From the NCBI GenBank assembly GCA_020891255.1, contig BQFW01000009.1:1798001-1862000 (forward strand): a DNA stretch of 64,000 bases. The letters are read 5' to 3'. Numbering within the stretch: the stretch's first letter is position 1; the number at the start of each line of letters is the position of its first letter. Source of the stretch: Entomortierella parvispora E1425. Its lineage: Eukaryota > Fungi > Mortierellomycota. The translations under genes were made by a program, and so were the position numbers. A model generated the notes under the pieces. It did not search any database, had not been told where the DNA came from, and saw only the letters and a list, made by a program, of their open reading frames with translations. Below, piece after piece: positions 43,812 through 55,572 of the stretch.

Positions 43812-46800
43812 ATGGATGACTTGGTGCAGTTTGTGCAGAACGAGGTCGCCCTTGACGGACAGCCAGGCAAGTAGAGACTGTAGGCTCAAGTAACCTGTCT
43901 GCGGAGACTGGGTGCTAACGTAAATCCATTCACATATAGGCTGCAGTTGGGACCGATTCTGGTACTTTGTCGAGGAACACCAACGCAAACAAAAGGAAAC
44001 CCTCTCCGCCGCATCGTCCTCCGATGCATCATCTACAGGACGCTCGGAAGCATCAGCTGTGAGTCAGTCGGATGAGAAGTTTCGTTACTTCCTTTGGAAT
44101 AACCTTGTGGAGGAGGAAGGCATCATCCTCTATGTGATAACGGATGCTACCGAGGCGCAGAAATGGAAGGACAGTGATATTGTGAGTGTCCAAGCTAATC
44201 ATGCAACTATTTTGTCAGGAAGGAACTTCAGACAATCCAAAGCTGGAAGCTAACATGGGCAAACTACTGTCATCTTATGGATTTGAATTATACAGACCAA
44301 AGCTACCCCTGTTCCCTTTTCAAAGCTGGAGGCCCTCACTCTCGAGAAGGCGTCCTATCACGATGTAGTGGCCAACTACAGGGATACAATCAGGATTGCC
44401 GCCAGCCTGGACCAACAACAGCTGGCCGCCCTCGGATACTCTGGAGTTGCAATCGGCATGCCAGACGCCTCATTTCACATTTTGCAGACAATTACGGCAT
44501 CACGCGAAGTTGGAGTGACTCAGGTCGTTCTCGCCAAACAGTTTTCCATTGACCCGAAGAGCATGTTTCATTTCCTGAAGGTGCTCTTGCAAATGAAGTT
44601 GATTGTCAAGATTCCAGTAACAACAGACGGCCTTTACACCTTGCTTTGTCTGCATGTCAAGTTTGCAGACAAAAACATGGGCTACCAAGCCATGACCACT
44701 GTCACCACAGTGACGCAGCCACTTATCAGCAGTAGCGACGGTCGTCGATTCGAGGGTCTTTTGAAGCAGGACTCAAAGCGAGTGAGCTATTACAGCGGAC
44801 TTATCAAGCAAAAACTCACAGACATTCTTGGCCATGCCAAGAATCAAGTGATGACTCTTGAGGATCTAATCCTGGCTCTTGTAAGTCTCTTACTTATGGA
44901 GTTAGCAGAAGCTGAGTTGTTACAAATAAGCCCATTTCTGACCCCTTTCATTCTACAATTTTGTCCGATAGGATCTTGTCAACATGAACACCGTGCAAAA
45001 CCGTTGGTTCAACCGTCAGATTGAACTTTTGTGCAAGCTAAAGTATATTCAACGAGTTCAAGTGCCTGGATTCCACCGCTGCGTAAAGCTTGTAAAACCG
45101 TACGGTGTCAGCATGGCTGGAGATGGTAATTATTGCTCCTTACTCCATGTTTTATTCACTGCAACAGATATTTCTCAGAATCTTCCCTAACTACCTAAAT
45201 CCAACCATAGAAAAAGAGAAGAGTAAACTCAATCTCAAGGCTGTCATTGCAGAGGACACACCTCAAAGTGGCATTTGTGTTCACAAATCGGTCGAACATC
45301 AGATTTACACGCTTATTTGCGACAGCAAAAGCACTGGCATTCTCGCCAAGGTAAGTTAAATGACTGTGAATGATCTCGAGATGAATACCATTCTGGAGAC
45401 TAACGAAATGCCATAATCAATGTTGAACGATTAGGAAATTCGATACCATATGGACAACATGAACTTGCGTTTGATGGCTAGAATTCTGGATGGACTCTGC
45501 AAGTCCTCAGCAGATGTTCCTCAGCCTCATTGCAGACGAGTTCTAGAGTTTAAAGGACGGGAAAAACGGTATCGATACTTCTCGGCCACAAGTTTCAAGG
45601 ATTCACTAGATGAAGACGAAAAACAATACATCGAAACAACAAACAAAAAGTCGGCATCCCATCAAAAGAAATCAGGTTCGAATCCTGCACTTGCCGACAC
45701 GCAGGCCGTCCGGGTGGCCGCGAGCTCGAACCGACATGTGGATCTGACTACAGCAGCAACTCCTGGTCCATCATCTCCAGTAGCTGCTACGGAAGCGCCC
45801 ACAACGCCGACACAGGAAGGCTCCCGTCGTCCAGTGCCAAGGGCAAAGAAAGGAAAAGGCGCGGCTGTACTTCCGGAGGAAGGCGCTCCAAACCCTGATC
45901 GCTATATCTCAGTTGCTCTCATGCAGCGCCGCAAGGTGATCCTATCCATGGTTGAACGGGACAAGATGATGGAGATTCAAGGACCATTGGTGGCCCAGTA
46001 CCAGGCAGAGAAGCGCCGTCTGTATCCAGAGGAGTCTGACACCACCGTGATTGACCGCAGGACGCTTTATCGAACTATCAACCTTTTGGAGTCTGAGAAG
46101 AAGGTCCGGATCATCAAAGTGGACAACCTCCCAATGGTAGGAGGGGGAATGCAATCGAAAACCTTTTGCCTGGACTACGAACTCGACCCAGAGTCGGAGG
46201 AGGTGAGGCGGTTTGTCAAGGACAGCACCAATCGCAATTTCCTCTTTGGATCGCTGTCTTACAGACCCACTAGAAAGCAGGAGGAGTTGGAGATTGAGGT
46301 TGAGACTCTGGACGAGCTGCAGCAGCGTTTAGGAGGAAGAGCTCTTGCTGGGCCTGAAATCCCTTTTGCACGTCTTGGAGCTGTGAATAACAAAAACAAG
46401 AAACGAGACCGGAGTCCTCAAGGTGGCGGTGGCGATTTTGACGGATCACAGTATTGCTACGAGTTTGGATGGATCCGTGCCAAGATGATGAGAGCCTTAA
46501 TTTTTCACCGATTCATTGTGGACAGACAGGAAGCCAAAGACAGCCGACTGTATCCCCATGGTAACCTACCGGATGTTATGGCTACCGCCCCTGTGTTCGA
46601 AACATTGCCCTTAAGAATCTTCATGCTCATTATTGGAGTTGTTGAAGAGGCATCTGCGGAGGCAAAGGCGTACATGGAGGACCCCAAGAATGCCGCCATT
46701 CCTTTAGGAGCCACACCCGACTTTTTGAGCCGAATTCGACGACCAACAAAGTACTTCAAGAAACGACTTCGGGAGGCGTTGGAGATTTTGGATGCTGTCG

Positions 46801-49800
46801 GACTTGTTTCTCCGCTGGAGGAGATGCACGGAGTTCAGGACAGCAGCCTCAAGCTGGATTACAGGCCATGCAACAATCACTTGGTTCTGAACACTCACTA
46901 CAAAGTACATCGGTTAGTCCAAGCCCCGCTCCATCCCATCACCCCTGACCTCTTGGACGCGGACCTCAGCCATCGCAAAGAGTACGATCTCTTCCAACGT
47001 AATCAGTGCAAGGCGTTTTGGCTGGATCTCCAATCTACCTCAGCAAATCTTACTACCGAGAGAGCACTGAACAAGGTCTCGATGGAAAGGCCATGGTCGG
47101 AGATCCGCCGAAACTTCCTTTTGAGTCTGTGCAACAAGCGTCTTTGGACAGACCCAATTCGTATCTCAGCTGAGCAAAAGAACATGCTGATGATGTATGT
47201 GGACAAGAAGCGGCAGTTTGCCCCCGTTGGTAACCGTGCTAAACTTGACAGAATTGCAGCCCAGACGGGTCTTCCGAGCGAGAGCGTTGCGCAATTTTAC
47301 AAGTCGCTCCAAGGTGCCTGGACCGCTCAGCAAAACCGAAAGCACGCCTTAGGAACGGTGACTCGCTTGAGCCAAGTGAAGAGGGTGCAGCCATCTGTAA
47401 AGGAGGTGGCAAAGTCGACTATGGCAACAAAGAAAACACCTGGACCGTCAGCAGCAGTCCAGGATAAGACATTGGAGACAGCAGAGGTCCGAGTGAAGAT
47501 TGAGCCGAACGCTGTTTGGACAGGTCTTGATACTCCGGGAGACCAACCTGCGCCATCCACCTCTACAGCCGCAGTAGAGCGTTCAGTGGTTGATGCACCT
47601 GAGGATTTGAGCCAGCTTGGCGACGACGAGCTCGATGGAAGTCAAGGAGGCGAAACTGCAACTGTCAAGCTGAACGACGACAAACTCTCCCTAGGACCCA
47701 TCAAGCAACGGCGTCGTACCAGAAGGAATTGGACGCCCGAACATGAAAATGAGCTATTGATTACAGTAGCTGTTGTTCGCAGTATGTCCGAGATTTACAA
47801 CAGTCGATTCAGTTGGGCCGCTGTTGCTCGAGTCTTCGAGGATCGGACGCCTGAGCACTGTCGCCATCGATGTGACAAGCTTCTTAGAGAACCTGACAAT
47901 GCCGCCCTGGTGGACTCTTACAAGCAACAGTTCGGCCACCAGTACCTTAACATTGCGCTGAAGGTTCCTATCGACCCCAACCTTAACAACTTTGATCCTC
48001 GGCAGGTGTTGAAGATATTTAGGCCGACAGTGAATGTTTCAGGGTAAGCGTCGCTGGAGCTCAGACAGAGAGGTCTATGCGTGTTTTTTTTTTTAAAAAA
48101 CGTAACTCTCTACTAACGTCTTCATATGATATTAGGGAGGTATTGAATGAAATAACCCCTCTCCCAAGGAACGCGGCCAAGGTGCTGACCACCTATAGTG
48201 TTCGACAAGAGGAAAGATACTCCAGTCTCTATGCAGAAGACAAGGTATACCCTCTTATGTCCCAACCGCGTCTAATCAGACTGCTCAGCTCTCTTCCGTC
48301 GACTCTCCGCCTGAGCACGAATCACGAGCTGGATGCGTTACCCTCGGATTTAAAGCCTCCGATGATGATGTCAACTACATGGCGGCAGCAGGGCAAAATA
48401 GAGGAAGTTCTGGCACGAACCGGAGCACCTACAGGAGCAATCGCAGTCAGAGATGAAGTCCTTGCTCGCCAGCACGTTATCTTCACCATCATGAAAGCTG
48501 TTTTCTCGACATCCCATAGTCCACAGACCGCAGACCTGACACGAGTCCTGCTTTCAAAATTCGATGCCAACCTCATCACAGACACTGTCCAGCTGGCGAA
48601 AGGAACCTGGAAACTGTTGATCAACCTGAAGGGCTCAACTTATCGAATCCCCGGTCAAAAGCTGGGTCGATCAGAGCGGCTAACGGCCTCGATGGTGGGT
48701 CTTGTTTCCTCGCAATGGACTTCAGAGGCATCAAGGATCGACAGTATCTACAGTAGGCTCGTCGAACGAATGTTCCAAGACGACGTGAGCCGAGCGGAGA
48801 TGATGGTCATTATGAGCCATGTGGGTCAGAACTGGCTAAAGCTCTCCGTTGCCCCGCTCTCTGAGGCTGAGAAAGTGACATTTGAACCGATTGGTGTGGA
48901 CGGACTGATCAAGTATGACGTCTGCATGAAGAACACGAGGGATACTTCTGCGAAAACGAGTCCAAAATCTTTGGAGGCACCGCTAGCGCCAGCAGGCGAT
49001 ATCAAAGGACTGAAGCGTGCAGGAGAGGATCTACTGAAGAGCGAGTTTGAGATGGATGATGTGCTTTCTCAGTCTGAGAAGTCCAAGAGAAGCAAAAGTG
49101 GAGACAAAGGCAAGGACAAGGAACCCGCAGAGACCATCGACCTGTGGGAGCAAGCTCGCCAAGATGCTTCGACAGCATTTGAACGTCATTTGAAGTCCAT
49201 TTCAGACGACAGTCGACGCCATCTGTTCCAGGCTATTTTCAACAATATTGAGGCTACTGGTTCTGTCGGTCTCAACCTTGTTGACCTCAAGGTAACTTCA
49301 TATCTCCAGTCTTCTGCGGCTTCTTTTATCATGTTGGACATTGAAATTAATCGTACCATTGCATTCAGGCTGCACTAGTGAAACAAGCCGTGGATTGTGC
49401 CGACAAGGATATCAGGGAGTGTGTTCGAATCCTGGAGTACTCGAAACCACCAATTATTTTCAATGTGGGAATGACATTGGACCGATATGTCAAATTTGGT
49501 GAACACGAATCTCGGACGATCAACTACCAGGAGGCTCTGGCATTTGTCATCACAGGAACGGAGGATAGTGAGAGTTCAATTGAGTCCAGGGCACCGTCGA
49601 ACTATGTTTCTCCCAGGACATGGAGGCGACTGGATGGCGTTTTCGATGAAATTGCATTTGAGAAATCTTTGCATGCTGTCGTCACTCATATTGCCGAGAG
49701 GCCAGGCATTACCAAGGTATGTTTTTTTTTTTTTTTTTTTTTTTTAATCTCACAAATCCGATTATGACCTTAGCCACTTGGCCTTGATCCCTAATGCCTT

Positions 49801-50216
49801 TACCCGCTGCTATACAGGGAATTCTCAATCGGGATTTATACATGGTTTTCATGTCCGTGGAGCTGGACGAGCTTTTGGAAGAACTTGTTAATCGAAAGGC
49901 TGTCTGGATGGAGTACTGCATTCTCCCTCCGCCTGCAGGTCTGTTTACTAAGCGAAGGATGGTCGAGCCCTGTGATAAGGATACGATTCATGATCGCAAG
50001 ATAACGAACCTGTTTGTTGTGCCGGATTACTACCGATATTTGGACATGGCATTGGTTCGAACCAAGGTGAAGGGGCCGATTCGCAAGGCAGACAAGAGTG
50101 ACGATCCTAACGAGGTGATTGAGGTTGAGGATGACGAGGAAGAGGAAGAGGATGAAGAGCCTGAGCCAGAGGATGAAGGAGAGCCTGAAGAAGACGAGGA
50201 GGACGATGATGTCTAG
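43812..50216 (+). CDS. TFC3: RNA polymerase III transcription factor TFIIIC B-block-binding subunit (Tfc3/Sfc3/GTF3C1)
   Basis: N-terminus MDDLVQFVQNEVALDGQPG|CSWDRFW...DEKFRYFLWNNL resembles GTF3C1. B-block winged helix ITASREVGVTQVVLAKQFSIDPKSMFHFLKVL; VIDRRTLYRTINLLE; Myb-like RRNWTPEHENELL...WAAVARVF; acidic tail. Confidence 0.85.
45675..45685 (+). promoter_or_regulatory. Perfect Pol III B-box motif without an A box (candidate extra-TFIIIC site)
   Basis: GGTTCGAATCC inside a CAGG-TTCGAAT-CCTG hairpin within a TFC3 exon; no upstream A box or cloverleaf is visible. Confidence 0.3.
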
Positions 50217-50400
50217 GATGTTTTTTTAATAAATCTCGGCCCCGCCCAAATTCGCTTCTTTCACCTTTTTTTCTGTTTCACCCACATTTCTCGGCATTCT
50301 CATCGCTGCGCTCATTACTCAAACCTCACATCCCATCCTGGAGTCAGCAGCACGCCATTTACTCACCGTAGACAACAAACACTAGAGTGGGCAAAACTCA

Positions 50401-52802
50401 ATGTGTGGGAGAACTGCACAAGGACTGGTAAGAGAATCATTCGTTCAATTAGAGCGATGGTTGTGTGGTCTCTATGTCCATTGTGTCCATGTGCAGGTTG
50501 TGGTAATTCCCGCGTCTCTTCACATTCATTGCTGCTTAGCCACCCTCGCAGATTCAACAGGAATTGGAGCGCACTCTGCCCCGCAGACCCGAGGAATCGT
50601 GGATAGACGAGGATCGATATCGCACATCGTAAGTGCTCATCATCATGTATCGAGAGATATTGGTGGCAATTCTTGTCACCAACCTTTGACGCTTCCTTTT
50701 TTTTTTAATGTTCCTTCCTTCATCACGCCTTTTCGACCTCACCAAAACCAAAGATACAACGTTACACCGACACGTTACCAGCCTGTCGTCCGCGCAGAAG
50801 GCAGTTCGAATCAATATGTAGTTCATATGATGGTAGGTGACCTTCGCTTCCCCCCACCAGATCTGGGTGACCACAGGACATTTTCGACTTGATCTGACTC
50901 TTTAATGTCGTTTATTGTATTAGCGATGGGGACTGATTCCACACTATACAAAGACGATGCCGGACTATAACTCAGTTCTGAAGTCAATCAATGCCAGAGA
51001 CGACTCGCTCTTTGCCGGTCCTACCTGCAAGTCTATGTTCAACCATTCCAAAAACTACAAGCGATGCATCGTCCTTGCGGAAGGGTAACATCCTTTTGAA
51101 CATCATCTGCAACGCCAATGTATGACTTTTGATGACCTCCCTGGCTACCTTTACTAAAGCACATACCCGACAATCTAGGTTTTATGAATGGAGAAGACGA
51201 GGCAAGGACCGCGTTCCTTTTTACACAAAGCGCAAGGACGGTTGCCTGATGTTGATGGCGGCCATTTACGATGTTGCTCAGATCCAAGGCGAACCCCAAC
51301 CACTTTACACCTACGCCACCATTACCACCAACGCCTCGAAGCAACTGGAGTGGCTCCATGACCGTATGCCCGTCTTGATTCCCAACCATGAACCTGAAAA
51401 GATCAAAGCCTGGCTCGACCCGAAGGTGCCATGGAACTCTACGCTTGAATCCATGTTGAAGCCTTGCGACGAATATTTGGAGGCGATCGAGGATACCAGC
51501 ACTGAAGTCAAGGAGTCGGACAAGGCCACGAAAAAGATAGTATACGCGCTCGAGACATACCAGGTTGATGAGAAGGTCAACAGCGTGAAGAATGACTCTC
51601 CCGACTTTGCAAAACCTTGGAATTCGAGCTCCAACAAGAAGACTTTGAACCGGTTTTTCATGCCAGGAACCGCCATTGCACCTGACGACAACAAATCAAA
51701 GGATCCCAGCACGCAGAGTCCGGCGGTCGAACACCCTGACTCCACTACTGAAAAGCCAGCCTCATCGCCAAAGTCTGACGTGACGACGACTTCACCAAAG
51801 ATTGACAACCTGAACTCCACGCGCTCAAGACGAGTGATCAAAATGGAGAGCGACGATGAAGATGAAGGAGACTTGGCAACTGGAGTTGCAGGGGGAGAAT
51901 ATCGATCGATTTTGGCGCAATTACATCCAACGTTAGGGGGCCAAGGTCGATCTGAACCTGCAGATTTTGACCAGTCAGATGGAGGACTTGAGCAGAAACA
52001 TGAAGGACAGCGGCAAAAAGACAACAGCGACGGTGCGGACGAAGAGGAGGACGAGGATTTGAAGTTGGCACTTGAGGCGTCAAGAAGGGAACACGAGATG
52101 AATACGAGTTTTTCACGTTCGCAATCACCTCCTCTGTTTTTGACCTCGGGACCGGACGAGCCTGCACCTTCGACATCGGCATCCTCCGGCACACCACCAC
52201 CATCGGCCTCCGGGGCGATCACGCCCAAGCATACGGCTCTATCGTCGTCATCCTCATCGTCATCTTCAGGACGGTCACCACTGAAGGTTGACTCCCGTGG
52301 TACGGTAGACCTATTGGAGAAGCGGAAGGCGGATCTGAAACAGGAAGAAGATGAAATGAAGCAAGTTTTGGAACTCTCGCGCCTCCAAGCGATTGCCGAT
52401 GGCCATGACGACCCGTCATTGCTGCAGGAATCGGCCACCTTGTCTCAACAATCGCAAGTAGACTCATTGAAAGAACAGGAGCGAAGAAAGGAACAAGAGG
52501 ATTTGGACCGAGCCATCGCTGCATCATTGCAAGGACCAGAAGAGGGTCAATCGACATCACCGAGAACGAGGGCTACATCCGAATCATCTTCCTCATTCCT
52601 CTCACAGCAGTCCACTGCTTCAAACAGTAGCTCGGCTTCTGGATATCCAGCCTCACCATCGCCCAAAAAATCAAAGTCCCGGGCCTCCATTGAGGCACCC
52701 TCGCCTAAGAAACGAGGCAACTCCGGTCCAGTCTCGTCACCAGCCTCAAAGAAGAACAAACCAAACCAGGCCAGCATCACTAGCTTCTTCCAACAGAAAT
52801 GA
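50401..52802 (+). CDS. HMCES: HMCES/SRAP (DUF159) abasic-site protecting protein with long C-terminal tail (3 UIMs, PIP box)
   Basis: MCGRTAQGL|PPSQIQ (catalytic Cys2), RTS|YNVTPTRYQPV, RWGLIP, INARDD, RCIVLAEG|FYEW, TYATITTNASKQLEWLHDRMPVLI, VDEKVNSVKND. Four GT-AG introns. Confidence 0.93.
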
Positions 52803-52974
52803 TAATACCCCAGGGAGAATAAAGCTGCTTTTTCGTTTTTGTTTTTTTTTTTTTTTGAACTCGAAGCATGTCACCAACCACCATTGTTCCCTTTGCATTG
52901 CTTCTCTGCACCCTTTCGCACAACACCTTTCTTTATTATCAACCATAAGATAGTATGAGTAGCTGTGCTCGTCA

Positions 52975-53648
52975 TCACTCCTCCACCCAGTCATCCGATC
53001 CAATCCACTCTGAAGGCGAAGGGTTCAAATCACTTTGACCTTGAGCTTTAGTCGATGACTCGTAAAGCAGACCCATGCCATCCAAACTACAGATTGGCTC
53101 TAATACGGATGTATCTTCGGGGTCCGAGGGCAACAGAACTGGTGATGGCAGTGGCTCCTTAGTCAATGAGCAATTGATATCGGTTTCCACGTAGACATCC
53201 GTAAAAAAAGAGGCGCTTTGAGATGAACATTGGTTGATTGCGCATCCTACTCCTATCGCCGGGGCATCATACTTCTCATTACCACTGATGCCGTACAGGA
53301 AGTAGTCATGTTGCATCTCGGCAATACTTTCAATCTGAAGTTGATGTCCTGCGAGCTGATTGGGTGGTGGCCAGTCTGGGGAAACAGACATCACGGACGA
53401 CATGAACGACATGGCGGGACCATCTGTTGCATTTGCGGACGGACCCAAATTCTTGACCACGAGGATTTCGTTCCTCTCAGCAAGATCTGCATCATGAGTG
53501 CCAGTTGTGTCAGCAAACGAGGGTGAGAGGGATACTTCCATCCTTAATCCGACTGAGGCTGTCCCTACTTCTGACTCCACATGAACAGTCGTACTGAGTG
53601 GCAGACTGGGGGCTGGAACTGTCAGAGAAGTTGTCTTTTCTCTGAAAG

Positions 53649-53681
<33 letters not shown>

Positions 53682-54913
53682 GTCTGTCTCCGCCTGTTGT
53701 GGTGATACCTCCTTCCTTCGACGCAGATGATGGAGTGTATGGGATTGCTTTGCACTTATCATTCTGGGGAGACAGCACTTCTGGCGCCTCCACTGACAGG
53801 TATCGTGTGCGAAGGGAACTAGCCACAACAGCCGGACCCCCTTTTTGCGCCGAGCGCCTATCGACTTCAGGCCTAAAGGGATATTGGAGCTGCTTCAGAT
53901 CGTCCACTTCCCCAGAAACTTCCGAAAGTGCTTCAACTTTGCACTGTCGAGACCGATATTCATTGCAAATGGCAATATGCCTCTCCTAATACAAAAAAAA
54001 AAAAAAAAAAAAAGTTAGAAAGAGGACCTTCATTATGACCATCATGGACCTTTTTGCACGTACGGGAATCAGCAAAGGCTCCTCCTCTTCTTCCACCTCC
54101 TCCTCTATCTCTTCAGCCTCATCTTCATCCTGAGCCCTTACTTCGCAGTCGTTGAAATCGTATATATACTCTGCGTCATCCTGATTCAGCGAGACATTGT
54201 TGCTTCGAAAGGCTCCATAGTTGAAGTATGTTGGTGGCTCATAGCTCTGGCCCTCTCTGCCACGAGACTGCACACGATTGCGCTTGGACGATGATGTGCC
54301 CTCATCTTCGTATTTGACGCCCACCCCACCGCTTCTTTTAATCGTCTCTGCTGAAAGTCTGTGCATGGTGGAGTCATGATCTGGCAATGATCGAAGTTGA
54401 AAGGCCTCACCAATCCAATCGAACGACGACGATTTGAGCATGTCCAGACAGTCGAGTCTGGCAGAGTTGTAGCTTGATGGATCTACGGAGAATACAGTGT
54501 GGCGCCATATATCCCTATATTAGGAAGGGAGGTGCGGATGCGCTCGACTTTGCTTTAAAACGTACCATGATGCGCGGCTTTGAGATCAAGCTCCTCATAA
54601 AATTCAGAGGTTGATCTTCCCGATTGCTTGTTTGGCGACTTGGGCTGCGGATTGTTTGGATATATTGTCGACGGATACCGACTTTGGCGGTTCTCCTGAA
54701 AGAAAGAGAGGGTACTTCCTTGATCTAGAGTATTTCTGCGTTGACGTTCAAAGAACTGCCTCTGCTTCACTTTCTCTTCTGAAGCATGGATTCTTGTCCT
54801 ATTCCAAACAAAGAATCCATGGAGTCAGAGAGAGAGAGCAATATGGTCATCCATTTCCCGTGAGAAGACGGCATATATTTGTGCCCACACCTTCGCCCTC
54901 CTGTCCAGTTCAT
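52975..54913 (-). CDS. Uncharacterised low-complexity protein with REDIC1/C12orf40-like N-terminal motif; splicing of the 3' part unresolved
   Basis: Exon 54913-54891, intron 54890-54799 and exon 54798-54566 give MNWTGGRR|TRIHASEEKVKQRQFFERQRR; the next exon gives DPSSYNSARLDCLDMLKSS. I could not splice cleanly into ORF 52975-53907. Confidence 0.55.
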
Positions 54914-55572
54914 TGCAACAGTTTGTCCGCGTAGTTGAGTGGAGTGATGGGGAAGATGTAGGAGACAAAGAGAGGAAAGCCATAAAAAAAAGCCCTCTTC
55001 CCACGTAATCTGGAGCGACGCCCAGGTGATCGATCACCGATCACAGCTCCTCCCCCGAGAGCGTCAATCTTTTGTACTTGGTCCTTGAGCCCTTCACCAG
55101 CCCATTCAACAATCATATTCGGATGCCTTCAACCTTGGACAGCCAGGTAGCCCGCATGCAGCTCTGGAGGAAAATGACCATGTCTTTTTCGCGAACAAGG
55201 CGCGTGCGCGAAGCCAGTATGTGAAATTAATTTCGCTTTCCGCAACTGAGAGCATCACGGATGCAACTGGAATCAAGGACCAGGCTTCAGCCCAAACATC
55301 AATCACATCGCGAACCACACCAACCGTTAGAGAACGGCGGATGCGAGTTCAATCTGACCCTCAGGCGTTGATGCTCTCAGGCGCTGATAGACGACCGCGC
55401 GTGCCGGACTGTGGCGATGATCGTCTATTGCTGTTTACGAGCGACTCATTTTGCTCTGAGAACCCCCTCTTTCCTCTTCATTGTTACCACTCTCCCAGTC
55501 GACTCTTGCCATTTGGTTTTCTTGCTTAATCTTACAACCAACACTGCAACGCTTCCACACAACTCTCCAGCT

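Noticed and set aside
45673-45688. tRNA gene suggested by the T-arm-like hairpin
   Set aside because: No acceptor stem, D arm or A box is visible, and it lies in a long coding exon. Kept only as a B-box candidate.
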